From the NCBI RefSeq assembly GCF_024502345.1, contig NZ_JALDNN010000001.1: a DNA stretch of 64,000 nucleotides, one strand, 5' to 3'. Below are positions 55,941-64,000 of this stretch, one piece after another. Made by a program: the position numbers and the translations under genes. This DNA comes from Escherichia coli. Lineage in GTDB: Bacteria > Pseudomonadota > Gammaproteobacteria > Enterobacterales > Enterobacteriaceae. The notes beneath the pieces were generated by a model, which saw only the letters and a program-made list of their open reading frames with translations, did no database searches and was not told where the DNA came from. Numbering within the stretch: the stretch's first letter is position 1; every line of letters starts with the position of its first letter.

Positions 55941-56312
55941 ATGGCAGGTGATACTACTAACCGCCTGGCGGGAACCGCCTATGTCACTGTTAACGGTGTG
56001 ACGGTAATGGTGGAGGGCTCGTTTAAATACCAGGCTGCCACCGTAAACCGTACCACCCTGACAGGGATGGATGGTGTGCACGGATATAAGGAAAAACCTG
56101 TGGCGCCATACATTTCTGCCCGACTGCGTGACAGTGGCGGAACGAATGTGCAGGGCTTTAACCAGCAGACGAACGTCAACGTGATCGCCGAGCTGGCTAA
56201 CGGGAAAACTATCATTGGCCGTTCACTCTGGACGGTCAACGTCCAGGAAGTGGAAAGCGAAGATGCAGTATTTGATGTTCGCTGGGAAGGCCGCGACGTA
56301 ACGGAGAACTAA
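55941..56312 (+). CDS. Tail tube protein (Mu gpM-like)
   Basis: 123 aa, in the canonical sheath-tube-chaperone-tape measure order. Confidence 0.8.
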   Translation: MAGDTTNRLAGTAYVTVNGVTVMVEGSFKYQAATVNRTTLTGMDGVHGYKEKPVAPYISARLRDSGGTNVQGFNQQTNVNVIAELANGKTIIGRSLWTVNVQEVESEDAVFDVRWEGRDVTEN

Positions 56313-56313
56313 G

Positions 56314-56592
56314 ATGGCTGAGATTGAACGCGTTAAAACCATTCCATTAACCGTAGCGCTGGATGATGCTGCGGAGAAGACCACTTATACGCAGCTGGAG
56401 CTGAAAGCACCCACGCTAAGCCAGGCTGAGCAGTTTTACGAGAAACAGGCTGCGTCAACGTCGCTCGCGGCGATGCGCCTGCTTATTGCGCTGGTTTCCG
56501 GTACGCGTGAAAGCGTACTGCAGCCGATGGATTTTCTCGACTTCCGTAAGTGTGAGGAGTATCTGCTCAGTTTTTTGACCTGGAAGCCCTGA
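56314..56592 (+). CDS. Tail assembly chaperone, short (zero-frame) product
   Basis: 92 aa immediately upstream of the tape measure gene. Contains the slippery site T_TTT_TTG at 56571-56577. Confidence 0.8.
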   Translation: MAEIERVKTIPLTVALDDAAEKTTYTQLELKAPTLSQAEQFYEKQAASTSLAAMRLLIALVSGTRESVLQPMDFLDFRKCEEYLLSFLTWKP

Positions 56593-56741
56593 CAACCTGG
56601 CAGGAAATGGCCGCTGACGTCACCTTCTATTTCCGCTGGTCTGAGGACAGGGCGTGGGGAATGACCCGCGCCCGGCTGAAATGGTGGGTGGCGCAGGCAT
56701 CCCGGATAAACAAGCTTAGGAAACCTGAAGACGATGAGTAA
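56314..56741 (+). CDS. Tail assembly chaperone, -1 frameshifted long product (G/GT, E/E' type)
   Basis: After a -1 slip at 56571-56577, the frame stays open for 54 codons (DLEALTTWQEMAADVTFYFRWSEDRAWGMTRARLKWWVAQASRINKLRKPEDDE*). It ends at 56741, overlapping the tape measure ATG at 56734. Confidence 0.7.
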
Positions 56742-58662
56742 TTCTTTTGATTTTGAGCTGGTGGCCAGCGACCAGGTTAGCGAGGCTATAGACCGCATTA
56801 ATGAGGCTGTCCGTGACCTGGAGCCGAAGCTAGATAAAACTAAAGAAGGGCTCAAGTTAGGCGGTCAGGAAACAGCCGACGGACTGAGCGGTTTTATTTC
56901 TCGCCTCGAGAATATGTCGAAGAGCGCGCGGGATAACGTGCAGTTTATTGGCGACATGGTTCCCCCACTGAAAATGGTGGGGGAGCTCACGGGGAAGATG
57001 GGGGCGCTGGGGTTAGCCGGTGCTGCCGGCTACGGACTGAAACAGGTCGCTTATGGATTTCGGGAGGCATCCCGTCAGGCCTATAATCTTGATGTCTCGG
57101 CAAAAAATGCGGGAATGCGCGTTGACGATTTTACCCGACTTTCCGGGGCAATGCGTATTCTTGGGGCAGACAGCGAGAGCGCTAATGCATCAATAGAAGG
57201 TATTTTCAAAGCATTCAATGAGGCTGCCAGTGGTAAAAACGAGGGGGTTATGGCAGCGATGGCGCAAATTGGTGCTCAAATCCAAAAAAACAGCGATGGT
57301 TCAGTAAATACCCTTAAAACACTGGAGTCTATCGCAAAAATTTTTCCAACCTTGCGACCTGAACAGCAGAAGTCCGCCGCTGATGCACTTGGGCTGACGC
57401 CCGAATTGCTGGCGCTAATGCGTGACGGTGAGCGCATGAAAAAGCTGCTGGCGAAATCGGATGAATTTGGTCTGACTGTGGATCCGGCACTAAATCAGCA
57501 ATTGAGTGAAGTGAACGGCACTATGAATGAGCTCAGCGCATCCTGGGATGGTCTGTGGCAACGTTCAAAAAACAAGGCACTTAAGACCATTCTTTCGGAT
57601 GGTTCAGTCAAAGACGGCCTTGAAGGTGTTACCGATCTGTTCACTAATGGTGATTTTACTGGGCTGTCTCATGCTCTCGGTTTTATCAACAGCAATGATG
57701 CTGAGAAACTACGGCGCATTCAGAACGATAAGGAACTTTATAACAGCTTACCCCGCAGTGAACGTGGGCAGGTTGACGCGGGTTTCATGACTGATGCTGT
57801 AAGAAAGCGGTACGATGCGAATTACCGCGCGACCGATTCTGCGATTCAATTGCAGAATGACTTATCCGCTATCAGCCAGCCACAATCCAACGTTGCACGC
57901 GGCAATGTTCCTTACGGGGAAACAAGGAATAACGCAATTGGCTTCAGAAATAATAATCCCGGTAATTTGAGGGCTGCAGCAAACGCAACGGGTAAAAATG
58001 GCGGATTTTCTACCTTTGCGAATGATGCCGACGGAAGAGCTGCAATGGCGAGACAGCTGATGTTGTATGGTGACAGGGGGAATAATACTCTGGATGGGAT
58101 TATTCATACCTATGCTCCGCAATCAGAGAATAATACTCGTGCATATATTGATTCCGTATCAAAAAGTACTGGGTTTGGAGCGCAGCAGCGTATTAATCTC
58201 CACGATCCTGATGTGTTAAAAACACTGATGGCAGCAATGATTAAACATGAAAGCGGAGCACAGCCGTATACCGAAAATGAACTGAGCGATTCTGTCCGGA
58301 CGGCCATCATTGACGATCGGTGGAAGGGTTTACGTAGCCCGGAAGTTCTGGCTCAACAGCGATATGATATTATCTCAGGTTCGCAAACTGGAAATCGTGA
58401 CTCCAGCACTCTTAGTAACCCGAGTGATGAAACTGATATTCTCTCAGGCTCGCAGAACAGAAATCGGGAATCCATCATTCTGAGTGATACGGGTAAGAAA
58501 AGTGATGAAAGTGTACTCGGCGACAATCTGGCTAAGTCTCTTAAAGAGGCAATGTCAGAACAACCACTTAAGCTCGAAATCACAATGGTTAATGATAAGG
58601 GTGAGCGAAAAACCTATAATGCGGAAAATAATGGCAGAATAACAACGGCCATGAATTACTGA
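56734..58662 (+). CDS. Tail tape measure protein
   Basis: 642 aa. Helical Ala/Gly-rich N-half, an internal globular segment (NNPGNLR...IKHESG) and C-terminal tandem duplicated segments. Canonical position. Confidence 0.88.
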   Translation: MSNSFDFELVASDQVSEAIDRINEAVRDLEPKLDKTKEGLKLGGQETADGLSGFISRLENMSKSARDNVQFIGDMVPPLKMVGELTGKMGALGLAGAAGYGLKQVAYGFREASRQAYNLDVSAKNAGMRVDDFTRLSGAMRILGADSESANASIEGIFKAFNEAASGKNEGVMAAMAQIGAQIQKNSDGSVNTLKTLESIAKIFPTLRPEQQKSAADALGLTPELLALMRDGERMKKLLAKSDEFGLTVDPALNQQLSEVNGTMNELSASWDGLWQRSKNKALKTILSDGSVKDGLEGVTDLFTNGDFTGLSHALGFINSNDAEKLRRIQNDKELYNSLPRSERGQVDAGFMTDAVRKRYDANYRATDSAIQLQNDLSAISQPQSNVARGNVPYGETRNNAIGFRNNNPGNLRAAANATGKNGGFSTFANDADGRAAMARQLMLYGDRGNNTLDGIIHTYAPQSENNTRAYIDSVSKSTGFGAQQRINLHDPDVLKTLMAAMIKHESGAQPYTENELSDSVRTAIIDDRWKGLRSPEVLAQQRYDIISGSQTGNRDSSTLSNPSDETDILSGSQNRNRESIILSDTGKKSDESVLGDNLAKSLKEAMSEQPLKLEITMVNDKGERKTYNAENNGRITTAMNY

Positions 58663-58693
58663 TCACTGTCGTCATTTCGTTAAGGAAGAAGTT

Positions 58694-58942
58694 ATGAATG
58701 AAAAAGTTTTTGGAGCAAAAGCCATTTAGACTCCAAAGGTTTTTGCGCTTGTTTACCTGGTAATTGGCATTTTCCTCGTTTTTTCTGTTGTCTCAATGAA
58801 TTTCACGGCGATTACGATATCGGTGGTAAGTGCATTGCTTTTACGTGTGCTTTATGAGTTCCTAATGAACTCATTCAAGGCGACTGAGCATCTTTACAGG
58901 ATCGCCGAATCTCTTGACCGTAATGGATCCAGCGATAAATAG
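58694..58942 (+). pseudogene. Small membrane-protein ORF interrupted by an in-frame amber codon, not in the ORF track
   Basis: RBS taaggaagaagttATG. Reads MNEKVFGAKAI-TAG(58727-58729)-TPKVFALVYLVIGIFLVFSVVSMNFTAITISVVSALLLRVLYEFLMNSFKATEHLYRIAESLDRNGSSDK*. Frame continuity was checked nucleotide by nucleotide. Two hydrophobic segments. A possible restart lies at ATG 58796. Confidence 0.55.
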
Positions 58943-58964
58943 ATAAGTCATTTCAGTGCATATG

Positions 58965-58989
58965 TAAACCGCCGACATGGCGGTTTTTT
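58965..58989 (+). terminator. Rho-independent terminator
   Basis: aaaccgcc-gacat-ggcggttt followed by ttttt. Confidence 0.85.
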
Positions 58990-59002
58990 TATTTCCGGAG
59001 GC

Positions 59003-60409
59003 GTGATGCCGTCAATTATCCAGGACGCAATAACTTCTCTTTTGGGGGGAGATACCAGCGATGACTGGCAGGGGCAGTTACGGCCCAGCTCATTCAGAGG
59101 TGTGCCATTTGCAATTGTTGCTGAGGAAGGGAGCCACGGCCGACGCCAGGCGGTACATGAATATCCCTACCGTGATACAGCCTGGATAGAGGATATCGGG
59201 CGGGCAACACGGCGATTTGTTATTCGCGGTTTCTTGATCCAGAACAGCCAGGTTTACGGCGGCGGCGATGCTATCACGCAGCGCCAGTCACTGATTGAAG
59301 CCTGTGAACAAAAAGGTAGCGGTACGCTTGTCCATCCGACACTGGGCGAATTAACGGTTTCCATCCCTGAGAATGGTTTGCGTATTTCCGGTTCGATGGA
59401 GAACGGGCGAGTATTTGAATTTACCCTGATGGCAATTGAATCAGGGCTTAAAGTGTTTGCTGTCACGGGCAGTACCGTTGCAGGCGCCACGGTGAAAACC
59501 AACTATCTGAAACTGGTCAGCACTGCTGTGCTGAGCACGATTGCCAGAGTTAAGAGTGAAATCCGCGGTGTCACACAGGCTATAAACACCATCAGAGGCA
59601 CGGTCACGTTCTGGACTAACATGGTTGACAGCACCATCAGTCAGGTCACGAATCTCAGCAATGTCCTGAACTCCACGTTCGGGAATACCCGGTACGGACG
59701 TTACAGTAAAGGCTCTGTGGGCGGTAGTTCCTCTGCTGTTGCTGGCAAATCGTCAGTTGCTGATGTGGATGATGAGAGAGCACTGGCTGACAAGGTAACA
59801 GCCCAGTCGGTAATGGACCGGAAAAATGTTACCGACAGGTCGAGCCAGCTTAGCAGCTCCAACACACCTGATGAGTTTGTCCAGGGCGTCGCCGACGTGG
59901 TAAACGCAATTCTTAACAGCGCCGGCAGCGTTAATGACCGAATCACAGCGCTGGAAAAACTGGCTAATTCAATCAGCACGGAGTACCAGCAGTCCGACAG
60001 CAGCAAAGCGATTTCGGCGACCATGAACACGCTGATTGTTGTGCTATGTACTGGTGCCATGACCAGTGCCGCTGCGGACTCCAGACCAGCCAGTACAGAC
60101 GAGGCAGAAGAGTTAACTCAACGAGTTTCTGTGCAACTTGATACGGCGCTGGTTCTGGCTGGAGACCGCGCGGACGATGATATGTATAACGCGCTTCTCG
60201 CCGTCAGATCGGCATTCCTTTCTACGATGAGTGAGCGTGCTTCTGGTCTGAGCGAGCTTCTGCAGGTTACTACCGCTCAGCCGCTTCCGGCGCTGACGCT
60301 GGCAAACCGATTATACCAGGATGCCACCCGTGCAGATGAACTGGTACAGGAAGCGCGCGTACCGCATCCGGCGTTTATGCCGACAACCATGAAGGTACTG
60401 AGGCAATGA
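59003..60409 (+). CDS. DNA circulation protein (Mu gp43/N-like)
   Basis: 468 aa. N-terminal FRGVPFAIVAEEGSHGRRQAVHEYPYRDTAWIEDIGRATRRFVIRGF matches the DNA-circulation N-terminal signature. GTG at 59003 or ATG at 59006. Confidence 0.8.
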   Translation: MMPSIIQDAITSLLGGDTSDDWQGQLRPSSFRGVPFAIVAEEGSHGRRQAVHEYPYRDTAWIEDIGRATRRFVIRGFLIQNSQVYGGGDAITQRQSLIEACEQKGSGTLVHPTLGELTVSIPENGLRISGSMENGRVFEFTLMAIESGLKVFAVTGSTVAGATVKTNYLKLVSTAVLSTIARVKSEIRGVTQAINTIRGTVTFWTNMVDSTISQVTNLSNVLNSTFGNTRYGRYSKGSVGGSSSAVAGKSSVADVDDERALADKVTAQSVMDRKNVTDRSSQLSSSNTPDEFVQGVADVVNAILNSAGSVNDRITALEKLANSISTEYQQSDSSKAISATMNTLIVVLCTGAMTSAAADSRPASTDEAEELTQRVSVQLDTALVLAGDRADDDMYNALLAVRSAFLSTMSERASGLSELLQVTTAQPLPALTLANRLYQDATRADELVQEARVPHPAFMPTTMKVLRQ

Positions 60410-61491
60410 ATGCAGACAGCGATCTGGATGTTGTTTCTTTGACGGTCGACGGCAAAATCATCGAGGGGTGGGATTCTGTCCGGGTAACGCGGGGTATTGA
60501 GCGTTTTCCCTCTGATTTCGATCTTGGGCTAATGGATTACTTCCCTGGCAACGAAGATCGTCAACTCGTTGAAGAGGGAATGTCTTGTGAAGTTCGTATC
60601 GGAGATGATCTGACACTGACGGGATATGTTGATGACTGGGAACCCGCACTATCGCGCTCCCGCCATGAGGTCCGCGCCACGGGCAGGAGCAGATGTCAGG
60701 ACCTGGTGGATTGCTCAGCCGAGTGGCCTAACAACGTCATCAATGCCAGTAATGCGCTTGAAATTGCTTCTCGCCTGGCATCCTACTACGGCATCACCGT
60801 AACCACGGATGTTGATGAACTTGTGAAGGTACCCCAGTTCACTCTGAACTGGGGTGAGTCTCCGCAAGAAGTCATCGATCGGGTGGCCAGATGGTCTGCT
60901 CTGCTTTACTACGATCAGCCCGATGGAAACCTGTTACTGACCCGGGTGGGAACACGTCGTGCGGCAAGTGGGATAGCCGAAGGGGTAAATGTCGAGCAGG
61001 CATACTACCGCAAATCGATGGCTGACAGGTTTTCAGATTATGTCGGTGTATCAATGAGCGTTTCTCCAATTGCAGGGTATTCGCCTGATACGGCCTATGA
61101 CGCTGTGACTCTGGCAACGGCGAGAGATCCGGAGGCCGCCCGCATGCGGTACCGAAAACATATATCGATTGTGGAAAGTACCCTGATGGCTACTCAACAG
61201 GCACAAAGTGCGATCGACTGGGAAATGAACCGGCGGTACGGACGTTCAAAACAGCTCTCGGTAACCATCGATTCCTGGCGGGATAAAGACGGGAAACTGT
61301 GGGAACCAAACACATTGATCCCCGTTGATCTTCCCACCTTACGGTTGCCGAAGACTGAATTGCTACTGGCAGAAGTCACCTATATGCGCGATGACTACGG
61401 CACCCATGCACGCATGACGCTGATGCCGCCTGAAGCATTCTCCGTTCAGCCATATGCCTTCTACCAGAACCTGGCGGGATTCAATACATGA
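60406..61491 (+). CDS. Baseplate hub protein (Mu gp44/P-like, gpD superfamily)
   Basis: 361 aa. ATGA overlap. Position and size are as in Mu-type baseplate modules. Confidence 0.75.
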   Translation: MNADSDLDVVSLTVDGKIIEGWDSVRVTRGIERFPSDFDLGLMDYFPGNEDRQLVEEGMSCEVRIGDDLTLTGYVDDWEPALSRSRHEVRATGRSRCQDLVDCSAEWPNNVINASNALEIASRLASYYGITVTTDVDELVKVPQFTLNWGESPQEVIDRVARWSALLYYDQPDGNLLLTRVGTRRAASGIAEGVNVEQAYYRKSMADRFSDYVGVSMSVSPIAGYSPDTAYDAVTLATARDPEAARMRYRKHISIVESTLMATQQAQSAIDWEMNRRYGRSKQLSVTIDSWRDKDGKLWEPNTLIPVDLPTLRLPKTELLLAEVTYMRDDYGTHARMTLMPPEAFSVQPYAFYQNLAGFNT

Positions 61492-62072
61492 AGCAACTAT
61501 TTAAACATGCAGCGACCAGGATCGCCGGCATGCTGGGGATTGGCCGGATCACGGCTATGAAAGATGGTGGGGTGGTGCAGTCTATCCAGTACCAGACTCC
61601 GCTGGAGGTGGCCAGCGCTCCGCGGATGGCAGAATTTGGCTTTTCATCCGGCCTGCCGTCAGGGACTGACGTGGTTCTGGCTTTTATTGGCGGTGATCGT
61701 TCCAGCGCGGTGGTAATTGCGTCCAACCATCAGGGGTTCCGTCATACAGGCCTGAAAGCGGGCGAAACGGTCATGTATAACCAGTGGGGCCTTAATATTC
61801 TCCTGACGGAGAAGGGGATCTTCCTGGATGCAAAGGGCCAGAATGTTGAGGTCAATAACGCCACTAACGTGACCATCAATGCCAGCCAGGGGATCCTTGC
61901 AAATACCCCGATCCTGAGGTGCACGGGTGACATTGTTGATAACTGTGAAACCAATACCCGAACACTGAAAGAGCTGCGGGATGCACATAATGACCATGAT
62001 CATGTGGTTAAAAATGCCCAGAGTGGCAATGACAATATCCGCAGCCAAAAAACAGAGGATCAGGTGACATGA
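61488..62072 (+). CDS. Baseplate spike / assembly protein V (Mu gp45-like)
   Basis: 194 aa. ATGA overlap. OB-fold-like N-half and a C-terminal HNDHDH metal-binding-like motif, as in gpV/gp45 spikes. Confidence 0.75.
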   Translation: MKQLFKHAATRIAGMLGIGRITAMKDGGVVQSIQYQTPLEVASAPRMAEFGFSSGLPSGTDVVLAFIGGDRSSAVVIASNHQGFRHTGLKAGETVMYNQWGLNILLTEKGIFLDAKGQNVEVNNATNVTINASQGILANTPILRCTGDIVDNCETNTRTLKELRDAHNDHDHVVKNAQSGNDNIRSQKTEDQVT

Positions 62073-62506
62073 GTGACATCGCTTCATTCTGGAATGTGGA
62101 TGAGATGTTTGCTGACTGGCAGAAAGGGCTGGGTGAACTCACCACGGGGAACGATTTACAGACTGCAATACTGGACAGCCTGTTTACCGACAGGCTGGCG
62201 CGCGCTGACGATGATTATGAGGATAGCGATCGCCGCGGCTGGTGGGGGGATTCCGGGGAGGAATCCCAACTGGGATCCCGGCTGTGGCTGCTACGGCGGA
62301 AAAAACTGACCCCGGATGTAGCAAAAAAAGCGGAGGAATACTCGAGTGAAGCGCTCAACTGGTTAAAGGTTGATGGCGTTGTCAGCGAGGTTATTCCTGT
62401 TGCAAGGATCGTCCTGCCTGACCGGCTCAATCTCATTATCCGCTATCAGGCACCGGGGAAGGACTGGCAGGAATTCAGGTTTTACTGGATATGGGAGCAA
62501 CGTTAA
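62069..62506 (+). CDS. Baseplate protein (Mu gp46 / P2 gpW / T4 gp25-like)
   Basis: 145 aa. ...RRGWWGDSGEESQLGSRLWLLRRKKLT is typical of the GP46 family. Confidence 0.75.
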   Translation: MSDIASFWNVDEMFADWQKGLGELTTGNDLQTAILDSLFTDRLARADDDYEDSDRRGWWGDSGEESQLGSRLWLLRRKKLTPDVAKKAEEYSSEALNWLKVDGVVSEVIPVARIVLPDRLNLIIRYQAPGKDWQEFRFYWIWEQR

Positions 62507-62507
62507 T

Positions 62508-63650
62508 ATGCCGTTTAAACGACCGACGCTGAGCGAACTCCGCGACGGAAACCGGAAATTTATGCAGGCGGAGCTTGAGGATGTTGGTGCGCTCCTGCGC
62601 TTCGCGAACCTGAAGGTACTGGCTGACATGGATGCGGGGATGGGGCATCTGCATTACGCCTACCTTGACTATATTGCCCTGCAGACAAACCCGTTTACCT
62701 CTACCGATGAGTATCTCGCCGGGTGGATGGCCCTTAAGCAGGTATTCAGAAAACCAGCTGCAGCGGCGAAGTCGCCTGCGGTACAGGCTAGTGGCAGTGT
62801 TGACTGTATTATCCCTGTTGGCTCGATCATTAACCGCGGGGACGGATACCAGTACCGGACGGATGCAGATCTTAAAATTCAGGCAGATGGATTTGGTATC
62901 GTCGCGGTGACGGCCATACTGCCGGATATTACCAGTGATGTAACGGGTGGAGGCGCGCGCGGTAACGCTGATGCCGGGACCATAATGACCCTGGACGCGA
63001 ATATTGCTGGCGTGGATCCACAGGTAACGTTACTGTCCGCTGCGACCGGCGGAGCCGATATTGAAACGGAAGAGGATTTTCGCAGTCGTGGCTTGCTGGC
63101 ATGGCAGAATCCGCCTCAGGGTGGAAGCGACGCCGATTATAAAAAATGGGCGCTTGAGGTTTCGGGCGTCACCCGCGCGTGGGTAAAGCGGCGTCTGAAC
63201 GGGGCCGGGACCGTTGGCGTGTATATCATGTGTGATCGGAATGACAATGGTGGGTTTCCGGTCGGTACCGACGGAATATCCCAACTTGAGGACTGGGGGG
63301 CTGTTAAAGCCACCGGAGACCAGCTCGCTGTCGCCGACCACATCTATCCGCAGCAGACAGACACTGCCATTGTTTTCGTATGTTCCCCGATCAAGAAAGT
63401 CATCAATATTGAAATCTCTGGGATCAAAAATGCCGACAGCACCACAGTTCAGGGGATAAAAGACGCGCTGACGGCGCTGTTTTTTGATGAAGCTAACCCT
63501 GATGGTTCCGGGAAAGTTTACCTCTCTGATATTAACGGGAGTATCGGCGGTGTTAGCGGCACGACGGGCTATATTCTTAACTCTCCGACGGCCAATATCA
63601 CCTTTGCTGTTGGCGAAATTCCGGTGCTTGGCGGGGTGAATTTTGTATGA
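62508..63650 (+). CDS. Baseplate J-like protein (Mu gp47-like)
   Basis: 380 aa from MPFKRPTLSELRDGNRKFMQAELED, starting 1 nt after the gp46-like stop. The track ORF carries a 46-codon extension. Confidence 0.78.
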   Translation: MPFKRPTLSELRDGNRKFMQAELEDVGALLRFANLKVLADMDAGMGHLHYAYLDYIALQTNPFTSTDEYLAGWMALKQVFRKPAAAAKSPAVQASGSVDCIIPVGSIINRGDGYQYRTDADLKIQADGFGIVAVTAILPDITSDVTGGGARGNADAGTIMTLDANIAGVDPQVTLLSAATGGADIETEEDFRSRGLLAWQNPPQGGSDADYKKWALEVSGVTRAWVKRRLNGAGTVGVYIMCDRNDNGGFPVGTDGISQLEDWGAVKATGDQLAVADHIYPQQTDTAIVFVCSPIKKVINIEISGIKNADSTTVQGIKDALTALFFDEANPDGSGKVYLSDINGSIGGVSGTTGYILNSPTANITFAVGEIPVLGGVNFV

Positions 63651-64000
63651 GCCTCTTTTCAAAAAATGATTATGCCGGTGCGCTTGGTGCGCTGCTACCG
63701 ACGGGCAGGGCGTGGCCCCGGTCGCAAAGAACGGTACAGGCTGCGGTATTACGGGCACTGGGCAGCGCGTTTCAGCGTTCTGACAACGATGCGCAAAGCC
63801 TGATTACTGGTGCTTTTCCCCCTACAGCGACGGTAATGTTGTCAGAATGGGAAAGCTCTCTGGGGTTACCAGATGATTGTGCGATTGGTGAATCCGGTGG
63901 CGTCAGCGATCGCCAGCGCGCCGTGGTGGCAAAGTTAATCAGCACCGGCGGCCTGAACCGCGATTATTACATCCGGGTGGCTGCAGCTCTTGGTTATACC
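63647..64000 (+). CDS. Tail/baseplate protein (Mu gp48-like, DUF2313-type), 3' end beyond the window
   Basis: ATGA overlap with the gp47-like stop. Frame is open to the window end: MSLFSKNDYAGALGALLPTGRAWPRSQRTVQAAVLRALG...SEWESSLGLPDDC. Absent from the ORF track because no stop is reached. Confidence 0.7.
   Translation, partial: MSLFSKNDYAGALGALLPTGRAWPRSQRTVQAAVLRALGSAFQRSDNDAQSLITGAFPPTATVMLSEWESSLGLPDDCAIGESGGVSDRQRAVVAKLISTGGLNRDYYIRVAAALGYT

Larger units (their letters stand above)
38218..64000. mobile_element. Prophage, left end truncated and right end beyond the window: lambdoid lysis plus accessory-gene island, cos, lambda-type head, Mu-type contractile tail
   Basis: Chromosomal synteny ends abruptly at about 38,218. 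A continuous run of phage lysis, packaging, head, tail and baseplate genes follows. No integrase or immunity genes lie on the left side. Confidence 0.9.

Overview
This window is Escherichia coli chromosome from the K-12 2.30-2.34 Mb region, read in inverted orientation, joined at about 38.2 kb to at least 25.8 kb of prophage that runs off the right edge. The core part (1-38,229) is co-linear with K-12: yfaL (5' partial), ubiG, gyrA (Ser83/Asp87 wild type), the exported alpha-2-macroglobulin operon yfaA-yfaT-yfaS-yfaQ-yfaP with an intact yfaS, rcsC, rcsB, rcsD, micF, ompC, apbE, ada-alkB, yojI, mqo, eco and napFDAGHB. Two departures from remembered K-12 synteny stand out. The atoSC/atoDAEB cluster is absent between yfaP and rcsC. 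The nap operon stops inside the last codons of napB, where it is fused to a 5'-truncated phage DNA methyltransferase, with no napC, integrase, att repeat or IS at the joint. The prophage is a mosaic. It has a lambdoid lysis cassette (S21-like holin, SAR endolysin, embedded Rz/Rz1 spanins). Next comes an AT-rich island of self-contained accessory genes ('morons') resembling the K-12 Qin prophage: cspI-like and gnsB-like genes, three small zinc-ribbon ORFs and several recombination scars. Then follow a cos-like region with eight TGTCCCA heptamers, a lambda-type head module and a Mu-type contractile tail/baseplate module with a T_TTT_TTG -1 frameshift site. I found no tRNA, rRNA, CRISPR array, IS element or integrase. 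I cannot demonstrate a clearly new multi-gene system. The best candidates are the orphan block of four accessory genes at 43.37-45.11 kb just upstream of cos, and the poorly characterised yfa operon. All homology statements come from reading translations and from memory, not from database searches.
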